From Owenia fusiformis (Eukaryota), in the NCBI GenBank assembly GCA_903813345.2, contig CAIIXF020000001.1, forward strand, positions 38,378,001-38,442,000: DNA of 64,000 nucleotides, in the 5' to 3' direction. The notes under the pieces are model-generated. The model was not told where the DNA came from, made no database searches, and saw nothing but the letters and a program-made list of their open reading frames with translations. Below are positions 12,901-24,900 of the stretch, piece after piece. The number at the start of each line of letters is the position of its first letter. Within the stretch, counting starts at the first letter, position 1. Made by a program: the position numbers and the translations under genes.

Positions 12901-15900
12901 GTATTATAAGTCTAATATATTCCATACATCAAAGCATTACAACTGTAAAGTGGCTCAATTCAATGAAAACAAAAAAATATCGAAATCGACAATTACCGTC
13001 CGCCATCTTAGATGCAAAGGTTACTGTCGTTACCTTCGCTTGATACTGACAAGTGACGAAATACATACGGGCTAAATATAAGTTGAGAGAAGGATAAAGA
13101 TGATAAGTCGAGAAAATAAAAATTACTACGAATCGGAAGTCCGGCCATGCTGAAACGAAGACATCCAATTGATCCCCAGTGCTAGGCATGTATGATTACT
13201 TTCTAACCTATCAAAACCCAGTATAACCATGCTATATTATAGTGCTAATCATTGTCGATAAGGGAAAGCTTTAACAAATATAAGAAAAACATATTAATGT
13301 GAGACGACAACAATAATCTAATGGTTGAGCAAGTAGGTGCTTATGATTGTCTAAGCGTTAGAAATTATACACAAATTGTGTCATTATAATCGTTATTATC
13401 CTCTCAAAAGATTTCAGGTTGAATTTCAATACTCCAATTCGCGATTTAAGAGTTCAGGTGGTAATTTACATGAATATCTCCCATGATGCATCGCTTTGGA
13501 AGGGACACGTTTTCATTGGCCCGCCGAACGAGTCGATTACTCTGAATCGGAGATTCAAAGTAACAGTATTCATATTTTTCGATCTTCAATGGCGTCTGAA
13601 CAATTTCTGGGAAATCAGTGAGGCCACTGGAATTGGATGGCATTTTCAACTACAGATTTTTTTCAGATTTTGGGATTATAGTTCAAAAAGTCTTGTTGTA
13701 TATCTTAATTAATCACATCTATCGTTTTTGCAACTGCAACTCTACATAAATGTTGTGTAATCCAATGGGAAAGAACCCAGATGTAGAAGAAATTGTACCA
13801 TACATGAGAGCTCTTAAAACGCGAGGTAACTAAACTGAACTAAACTAAACTTTATCGCGCTTTAGAGTATGAGTATAATATTGTTAATATGCTATGTAGG
13901 AAAATAAATTAAGGACTTGATTTAATGCACTTGTTTTCTGCATGTTGGCCTTCATGATCATGCTCACGGCCTGCACCGGCCGAGCTTGACGCTGACTGAA
14001 TATTTTAACATGCGACGTAGGGTCTGCTTATGAACTATTTATAAAGTAAAAATAAACCCATTATTATTTATAATGTAATGGTAAAATAGATTTCTCTATG
14101 TCAGCTCTTTAAACTATTTACATGACACTGTATACTATTTAATCATACCGTATACCGGTTTTTGCAAGGTCCTTTTCATATTTAACTTCTACCCAATCAA
14201 CACAAGAAAGAGCGGCTTCGACGTAATGACTGCAGAACAAGTCGAATGAATCAATGAATTGTATCTGGACCCTCTTGTCCGCCGGAGCCTAAATAAAATG
14301 CAGAAGTGTGCAGAAAAGTTCGTGTCTCAGTTAACCTGAAGGTTGACCAAAAACACCGAGCCTCCTAAAATTGAATAATCTTTAATATCCATTCAATTTC
14401 CGGATTTTCCGGATGTCCATCAAAATGCAACAGTACATTCATTTTACAGGTCATGTACAAATCGAATATGGGCGTATTGTTGGAAATAGATGGTTTTCAT
14501 TCAACAAATGTGATTCCTAGGTCTTTTTGGTCTATCACCTTATACGTTCATGCACCTGTCTTTTAGTGATCGGTTCCTATATCGCTCATTCAGTTTTTGG
14601 CATGATTTTGTCTCCAAGTTGATTTTTAAAAGTAGGCACACTTTTAGAAAGCACACGGCATGTTAACAAATAAGCTTCACGTACCAGATAAAATGATGTT
14701 TTACCATCTACATATTCCATTTATGTTGATTGCATGGATATTAAAGAAATAATTACAATTTTGGTCGGTCATATTTTTAGCTTAATCACACCCTCCGCCT
14801 CGACTGATTGAAGGATATATATTAAAACATTATAATATAAATATTTTAAAAATATTCTATTTGAACCTGTGCATCTTTTATAAATGATATAATCCTCACT
14901 CACATTAAAGCCATATAGAACAATATTTAGATATTACTTACTAAGCTGAGATATCAACTCCCGGGCAATATGCTGTTCAATTACAAGGGTTTAAATAATC
15001 TGCATTGTTTAGGACCTTCAACGGACTGCAATTTTAACAGAAGAAAAATGTTCTAAATTCTCAAATTTAGTTTTGATTCTCCATTTATATGTCATGTGAT
15101 CTATATTCAGAATGAGGCTTTGACCTCTCCATGTTAACAAATGGAGGGGCTGTACACACTTTTTGATGATGTCATCACTAGGTTGCACAATCCTATCTGG
15201 ATTGTAAAATTGAGATATTGATATATAGACGTCAAAATGAGAAACCTCCAGTAACCTACAATAATATGAGTTGACATTATCCTCGTATCAAGGTAAGATA
15301 GTGATCTTCGATATGATGATACATCTTCAATTTTGATAATAAAACTGCATAACATTTGTTCTATATGGCTTTAATCGAATAGCAAGCAATAGTATAGTTT
15401 CTAAATAACTGAATAAAGCTGACATAATAAATGTCACCCTCGTCTGTCTTTGATTTTCGTGGGCCAGATCTCCATTCACCTCAATGCTAGAAACTTGCAA
15501 CATTCACTTAATTTCATGATTTATAAAAAAGTGTTGGTTGAATCTGTCTGAAACTCGAATGGCATACTGTTGGATGACCCTGTCAATGTACATATTGTGA
15601 TTAAACATGAAAATGTTGGTTGTCATACGAATAAACCAAGGTTTTAATGAATATTAGCATGGCACCTATGGAGATTTGGCCCAAGTTTTTTAAAAATGTC
15701 ATGGAAAATTATTCAAGTGACATAACTGTGTGCTATTATTTGAGAAAGCTTTTCATTGAATTCAAATATGCTATTAAAAATAAAGAAATGTAAGTCATTT
15801 GAGGTAAAAAGTGCAAATCTCTTAAAATATCAAGTAAAAACGAGAATTGGCGAGATTTCAAAGCTATATAGAAACTCCTCTATTGATATCTAGTAATCAA

Positions 15901-18900
15901 TAAACAATCTGCGACTAAATGCATCTGGTGAATATTGCTTGTTATCTTTAGTCACGTGCAGGACATGGATCAATCAAAAAAAGTTAGGAATATGACCGTG
16001 ATATGATAAATTAATAATATTCTAATTCTCTGGTTGAAGGCGCTTTGAAATGGTAAAATATGGCAGTTTTTCAACCCTGTACACAATTGCAGCATACCTG
16101 TATCATCCAAGTACAGGTTTGCCATTTTTTATAGCCCAATCCTGATTTTCCAATGAAATATCCCGGAGACTCGATAATACCTGGTGTGGTCAGTGTGATG
16201 CCCCCGCACGTATCTGCAAGAAAGGGTTCGCTTACGATGTATAAGGGTTGTTCAAAAAGTTTTGCACGAAAGTTTCTCAGGAAGAGATTTTATTATATTC
16301 ACATGAAAATTACAGAATGTAGTATCACCCATTTTACATGCATAAATATATACGAAATTTCAGGTCCATAAGCAATGTACTTACTGATATACATAGACTT
16401 TGAAAAAAAATTGAACGTGGTGTATTTTTAACGAAATTAAATTGTTTTGCAAACCTGGTGACCCAGTAGATATCATGTCACATGTGGTCCCAATAAATCC
16501 TCTCGGACATATGCACTTTGTTAAATTCAGTGGATGCGCGTATCCCCCGTTTGAGCAATCAATAGCTGATAATGCGGTTGGATCAGAACCTATTAATCCA
16601 CGGTCATTGATATAGGAAGGATGACGTTTTCCTAAAAAGCATCAGATACATGTACTTTAGTTAACAGTAACCACCAAAGTACACTGTAGTATTTATTTTT
16701 GTATACATTGTCTTAAAAACCGTATATATCATGGGACATATATATAGTATATGTATATAGTAGGACATCTATAAACATGGACATAATGGAATTTATCACT
16801 CATTGGGTCCCATGGAAAAATGAATAGTGCTTGTATGGGAACTTCTTTGATTCCATATTGCGTGGGAATTGATGGGGAAGGATGGGACTCGGTAGAACAC
16901 ACTGTCATGGGGCCTTCATGGGACACGTACGTCATATTATGCTTGGCTGTTCTACACAGAAAACTGACACACGACTCTCAGTGGTAGTCGTGGAGAATAA
17001 GACTACAAAAATACTCACTATGGAAACAATAGGCAATATTGACCAACTTTTTGTCATAGAAAGAAGGCTGTCCTGAAAATATGGTCGATCCCATAGTCTG
17101 TTGGTAGAGCCCATTCCTTGGAAGCATTGCAGGAAGAACTGGGTCAGCTGTGTAGTCACTGTGAAACTATTATTGCATATTATAAAATCATAATCGTAAA
17201 TAAATCGCATGATAATTAATGATGAATACAGAAGTATACAAATGATGATTGTATCAATTTAATAATCAATATTTTATATCATTCCACGAGATCATGTACA
17301 TTTTTACCTAAAAATACATACGTATACGGGGGCCATAACAAGGCTTCCAAAGTCAAATGGAATGCCGAAGTCCACTGCCATTGAGTTGGATATTGGAGCC
17401 AGGAAACCAAGACGTATCGGTTTAGCGTTTTGGCGTAAATACTGGAAAAGATAAAGACAGTACCTATTAGGATTGTCTGTCTTTGATTATATAATTGTGA
17501 CTTTGAAATTACTTCTCACAATATAGGTACGTAGGTTGAGTTGAGGACATGTCTACCTCGAAAGTAACACAAACTAGGCCCAATACTTTTCCGTTGACTG
17601 TCTGGTTCAGACTTGTTAATTAATAATGTATCCCGTATCCAATCACAAAACTATATAAAAACTAAATAACAGGAGTAAGATTTGCAGCAACTTCTGTTGA
17701 CCACTCATTTTCCCAGAAACATTTCCCGGCCGTATGTGTTACAGAAGATGTAAGACGAGTCTAGTATCCAACTAGACTTGTATTCAATTAGCTCCAGGCC
17801 ACTGTTACTTGAATTACACTAGAAAGAAATCTAAAGCTTCTTAGTGGAAAGCGTTTTACAAAATCGAATATCCTGATTACAAGTATTATTTTGTAATTCC
17901 CCTTGTTTTTTTCTAAAACTCCTTTCATGCACTTTTACATCATTTATATGGAATACATTCAACAAAAATATAATGGGGTCTTTTGAACCGACTCTATCAC
18001 ACCATCAAAACACTATGTTTGCAAAAATACAATTTAGCATGTTCTTTGGAAATCTTATTAACCCTTTCACGACGATAGGCTCCATATGGAGCCCTATTAT
18101 GTAATACCTTTCAGGACGATAGGCTCCATTTGGCACCATTATTTTTATTTATATACATCAATGAAATGACAATATCTCCAGTTCTATTCAGTATTTTTAC
18201 ACCAAATTTTGACAAGTTGTTCTTATGTGATTATCCTTACTAAAAATTGTATATCAGTGATGGAATCCAAGGTATAGGTCCCAGAGCATAGGTATTTTGC
18301 AGTTTTCCCCTAAAAAACACTCTCACTTATCCGTCACTGGGGACAACATTTTCCTCTTATATTCACGTCGGGAAAGGGTTAAGATAAGTTTATTGGAATT
18401 GGTCATCAAAATGTATTTTAGTCATCTAATTTAAAAATGTTATTTTTTATAATTCGACGACATTTGTAAAATAAAATGTGTATAAAGTCTACACGCTCCG
18501 TTATTTAAGTAACTGTCCTGGCAAAATCAAAATCATGCAAGATTACAAGGGAAACAAACACAAACTCAAGAAAACCAATGCTTTGCCCGCACCAGGTTTT
18601 TGAAAATTACACGCCTAACCATCGACAACGTACAGTGACAAAATATACGGGTGTACACTTTAGTTTTTTGAAGCAAAAATGTGATGCGGGTTTTAAGTTT
18701 TTATCTAAGGAATATGATGAAGTATTTCGTGTTTAATTTAATTCGCATGTTCTTGGCAAGACTCTTAACTTTTTAATAACGTTAACAGATTCTCAAACAG
18801 AGCATGCATTTTTTCTATGTAATTCCACCCATGTCCATGTGAACATTTTCCAACCCGTCAATTATGTGGGTGGAATTACCTCGAAAAAATTCGAGCACTG

Positions 18901-21900
18901 CCCGAGAATCTATTAGCGTAATCAGAAAGTAAAAAGTATTGTCAAGAGCATGCACATGAAATTAAACCTGAAATACTACTTTATATTCTTTAAATAAATC
19001 TTTTAAAACCTACATCATAATTTTTGCTTAAAAAATGACAACGTACAGCTAAAGTGTCGAACCGTATATTTTGTCACTGTACGTTGTCGATGGTTAGGCG
19101 TGAAACTAGCACTAGAAAAGATATAACACCCGGACACTTGCTGACACAAGAATTGACCTAGCTTTTATACTTACGAGCATATACTTATCAGCATCCGGTC
19201 GATGGTACTCGTCGAAAATGCCAAGCATTTTAGCAATATTTGCTGCCTGGTTTAGTGCCTGTAAATAAAGAAAATGTTGGTATATGCTGAAGCGAATTAC
19301 GAGTAAACGAAACAAATATGCCCATGTTTGAATTGTTTTTGTACCAAAACCTTTAACATATAAGAACACATACGGTAATGTATGATGTAAATTGTAAACA
19401 GGACAGCGGACCAATATAGATTTTCAAATCCCGCGCTCGCAAACTTACCGATTGGTCATGGCGTTGGGACGACATTGCGCTTACAAACCGATCAACTGAA
19501 GATAAAACTACACGAGAAATTTTCCTTCAATCACTATTTATTTATTTCATGTAATATCACTTTAATCTTAAATAATTTCATAAACATTTATTTATCAATC
19601 GCGTTTATTGATAAATTCGTGTCCTAGAAGTTCTAAACTTTTAGGTTTAGAAATATTGCTCGCGTAGTTTTATCTTCAGTTAATCGGTTAGTATGCGCGT
19701 TGTAATAGACTAGATGCGAGTAGAAATAATCTTGATTTGAAAATGTGACTTCTTGTTCGGGTTGATTCCCCATAGACCCCATGTAATAAAATCACAAAAA
19801 GTGAATGATCTTCTCTTGTATTGGACAGATAACATTTTATTTTACTGGACACATTTTAATTTGCATAACTATTAGATACATAAGGGTTATATGAAAATTG
19901 AACGAGCCACCTGGTGGTGAATCTGGTAACTACCTACTCGCATCTGCGTTATTACGTTAGGTCAATATGACTTGGAAGAGACAGACATTGCAATAGACCA
20001 TCAATTTCTGTTTTAAAACAAAATTAAAATACAAATTTTACAATAATCTAATTTGAAGTATTTAAGAATTAAACCATTATTTTTACTGGTTTAAACTTGC
20101 CATATATCAGTAGCCTACTTTTTGGAGAGTATTTTACTTGTGACCTCCAAGGAATAATTACAACAATACCTTATTTCTCATGAAAATGAGTGTCATACAT
20201 TATATAACTATTATCCCATCGAAAGAATTCCAGTGAATATAGAGAACGGCTCCGTCCGTTCGTACTTCATTCTGTCCGTCCGGGCAATTATAACTCAAAT
20301 ACCGTTTGACCAATATCGTTTATATTCTACAGGTATACGCCTCATAAGAGTACAAGTTCTGCCGATTTACAAAATGGTCACAGATTTAAAAATGGAGTAA
20401 ACTTTGGCCAGTAGTAATTGAGCGATTTGTTCATATTTGAGATGCGAATACTCATAAGCAAGGGTCACTTATTTATGACACTTTGGATAGTAAGTGGCCA
20501 ATTTTCAAAATGACCGCCATTGTGTTATTTCGAGTTTTCACTATAACTCAAAACGTAGAGGAGCGATTTTGTCGAAATTTTATATGTGCCTACTTAGAAA
20601 CTATTACACTAAACTTCCCAATGACGACTTGGCTTGTGAGTAGCCGTTTTATGTGCATTATAGTTTACAATTTTTGCTACTACAGAAAAGTAGTGGTGGG
20701 ATTTTGTAAAAATGACAGCCATGGCTGTTGATGGGATTCTCGATGCCTTGACGTTCGTGTAATCTATAATTATATAGCACAGTTTAACTTGCCATTGTGT
20801 TTAACTATTTGTCTGTTTAACTATTTGTCTACATGTTGCATATGTACAGTGCATACATACAAATTACATATCAATGGGAATCATGTATCAATCCAGTTTG
20901 GACAATATCCACTAGAGGTCACTAGAGGTGGCGACAATGAAAGCTATAGCATATGTAAGGGGTCCCCAGGGGTAAATGTAAAAAACGTAGTTAGATATTA
21001 AACAAGGACAATAAATTCAGAGTTCAACTGATCAAAAGAAAACAAAACCTCAATATTCTAAATAACGATTTTATATATTAATGTTCTCTCCCCATTCACA
21101 AAACACAAGGCCGGGAAAATCTGGGGATAGCGGTTAACCATGTATAGCACCCATACAAAATGAACGATTTATCATAAATCATGTGAGGACAGGCAGAAAC
21201 TAATCTCAAATCCATAAGATTGTCGAGGGGTCAACATTTGTTGTCCCAGTCCATAAAACAAAATAGCCATAAGAGAAAACTATGGCTTGATTTCATACCT
21301 CTTTGAACCTTATTTCCAAATCATAACTTAAGGTTCTTCAAAGAGTAGTTGAATTTTAATCCAGCATATAGCTGGTGTGAATATCGTGTAAACGTTTATC
21401 TAAAGTCATCATCGATGATGTACCTTTCTTGTTATCCTTAATGTTATTTTCATTACATTATTATTTGAAGTATATTCTATCAGATACATGTATACATCCA
21501 TCCCTAACTTGTTAATTGATATAACTTGCTAATTGATATTATTATTATCATTATTTCATATTAAAGAAACATTGTTTTTCTTTCATTTATCAACTGCAAC
21601 TGAGCAGATCAACTTAAGTTTCAACAAGGCAGTAACATAACAAAATGTCATCACCTAGTTACTCACAATATTATTAGTTTAAATCTTAAGTCAGATTTGA
21701 ACTTCTGGGAACTTATAGCTGATCTTGAAAAAATAGTCAATTTGAAGTAAGTTGGCAATTGGAGGTCAAATCACATATCTAATGTCAGATTTGAACTTCT
21801 GAGAATTGTAGATGATTTTGAAAAAAAGAATTGGCCAATTTGAAGCAAAGTTAGATTTGAACTTCTGAAAAGTAGATGACTTTGAAGCAATTTGAAGCAT

Positions 21901-24900
21901 TTGAAAAAATACTTTTTTTAACTTTTTACCTAGAGAAGGTCATTGGAGGTCAAATCTCAAATCTAAAGTCAGATCTGAACTTCTGAGAACTCATAGATGA
22001 TTTTGGTCACTTTGAAGCAAGTTGAAAAATACCCCTTTGAACTTTTTTTGTCCTTGAGAAGTCAGATTTGAACTTCTCATAACTTGAAAATGGTTTTGAA
22101 AAAATCAGTCCAAACAGTATTTGTTAAGTTATTGGAAGTTGTAGGGAATTGTTCAAGACGCCGACTCCCGGACGCAAACCGCCGTCACAAAAATGTTAGA
22201 GACCATAACAATATGTCACCACTTTAGGTGGTGACACAAAAACTATTTCAGTTACACAGGGTGTCCTAAAAGATTGTACCCAGACCAAAAATGTTCCTAA
22301 TGACTGGCTGTGCGCTGACTGATACAAAGTTTTGCTGAGAATTAAGCGACGACTGCATCATCGAGATTGCATTGACCTACTTACATGACGAATTTATGTC
22401 TGATTACTGGGATTTGTTTTAATCTTAAATAAAGATATTGTCATGTTTTTCGTTTGATAATTTGCCATAATACTTTACGTTAATTGCTAAGGTAGGGTAA
22501 AGGGGGCAATCCGACAGTCGGAAGTTATCTTGTAACTGATTTTCCTTTTATGCGTTCAATTTTTTTACTATTGTGTCTTTTATGTAGTTTTCCCATCGTT
22601 CTTACGATAATGAAATAATCTGTCAGTAATTCTCACGAGAGCAATTATGAATCTATGAATTTACCATATACATGTAATCAACCTATATATGCCTTCCTTA
22701 GACTATACAGTAAAACCTGTATATCTGAACACCTGGCTAATCCGAACACCTTCCAATTTGAACACTTTTTTTCGGTCCCATTTTTTCCTCCCATTGACTC
22801 ACATGTTAAAAAAACCTTGAAATCTGAACACCTCCTAATTTGAACAGTGAACAACCAGATTTGAAAAAGTGACCTGTCTAATCTGAACATTTTTATCAGA
22901 AAGCAAATGTCTGGACATTTCAATTAAAGCCACATATTGAGTCAATGTTATAGTTGTTATTTATCTTTACATATATACAAATGCAATCAAAGAACCAATT
23001 GTCCTAATTAACTTATTTAGTCTCAGTGACATCCCTAATTTGTGGAAAACAACAGGATGTTTTGGAAAGGTGTGAATACAGGAGTTAATTGGTTTATCCT
23101 ATTAGAAAAGAACTGAATGTTTTATTTTTGGATTAAGAGAAAGGTGTGAATCAAGAAGATAATTGATTTATCATTATTGGAAATTACCTGGATGTTTTTG
23201 ATTTGGATTAAGAGAAAGGTGAGAGTCTGGGAGATAATTGGTTTATCCTCATTGTAAATTAACTGGATGTTTTTGATTTGGATTATGAACAGGTCTTAAA
23301 TGTTTTATATCCCATGGGTCTGTTATGATAGCTAAGATTCAATCAGTAAATGTTTTATAATCACAAAGACAATACAGACGCCATTTGCAGACACGATTAT
23401 ATCACGAGGAGAAAAAATCCAACTTCGTAATATTTGCATACATCTGACATCCTGAATGCCCTTGATATTTTGAAGGATTATACATCATCTCGAATGAACA
23501 CTCATGAAAAATTATTTTTACTTGAAAAGGATATCTACTCAAATATTGCTAAAAGTGCCAAGAAACAAACAACAATGAAGGACTTTTTCAAGCAAAAGTA
23601 AAGCAGTGCTATATAACCATAATATGGGATAAGCCATTTGATAAGCATAAGATTTCGTATGAGACTATCATATACTTCTACAGTGTATTACAAAGTTTTT
23701 GCCAAAATATAAGAGTTATTTTTACTAAAATGATGAATTGTTCAAAATATAAATAAAACATAGCAATAGGCTATAGGCCTATTGTAGAATTAACTCATCA
23801 ACAACATGTTTTGTTTTCTGACTTAGTATTAAGTGTTCAATATAGTGCACTGAACAATGAAAATCCCCCCCCCCCGACCAACAAAATCCTCGAAATTTGA
23901 ACACCTGCCAATTTGAACGCTTTTGGCTGGTCCCATGGGTGTTCGGATAAGACAGGTTTTACTGTACATATATTATCAACAGATATGATATGGAAGCACG
24001 ATGGAAATACATACAGTGAAACCAGTACCCGCAAAAGTTTTATAGGCCTTCTCATTCACGTCTCTTCCGTAGTAAAACTTTCTATCTTTCCTGAAAGTAA
24101 ACACAATGTTTCATTAATCAATCATCAATGAAAAAAATTAAATAGATATACTATAGGTAAAGTATCACAATGGTAAATAGCACATGGTCAACAATATATA
24201 GTAACCAAGACAGATTTAGGTATGGACACTCTTTCTAGGAGATTTTACTCTTTGATAATATCGAAAATCATAATAACTAAAGATTAAAGTAAAATTCTTT
24301 GATATTCTTCATTTCATACCAATTTTAAGTTAAAAACGTCGTTAAACACTAAATCTAACAGCCCATGGCAGGTTCACATAGCCTGAAATCAACGGCCTTT
24401 GAACTTTGACATCTGAAACAATTGCTGACTAAATTAAAAGTACACTAGTTGCAATCTGAAAGTGTCTTATATTTTTCAAATTAATTTTGAATATATAAAT
24501 ATTATATATTTACAGGATTTCAGGGTTTCGATAAAACCCAAACAAGACATAATTCTTGATGTCTGGACGTTCCTCGATGTTTCGTATCCGTTCAAAATCA
24601 AGACACGTGTCTATTTTCCAAGTAGCCATTGCCGTTTCAATTGCTTCAATGTCCTCAGGATCTGAAAGTTTTGCAAATGACATCAATACGTTTCTCTTGC
24701 ACATGTGAATGTAAGAAGATTCAGTTATGCAGAACCTGATTAAGTTACTCAATAGCAGTACTATCCCCCAAGACGCCCTCGCAAAGAGCTCCTACTAAGT
24801 ACATACGGCATATCATACAAAACGATACCGAGCGTCCTCTATTAGCCAATAAAAATGCCGGCATAAGGGCTGTTTATTTTACAATTCTCTCCATTCTTGA

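Noticed and set aside
13419..13712. Overlapping ORFs on both strands in an astacin intron
   Set aside because: No recognisable domain, and they are not needed to complete the CUB domain.
16932..17210. ORF with hydrophobic stretch SILPIVSIVSIFVVLFS, suggesting a membrane anchor
   Set aside because: Wrong frame. The real exon (17158-17019) reads in another frame and gives the astacin motif PSFYDKKLVNIAYC.
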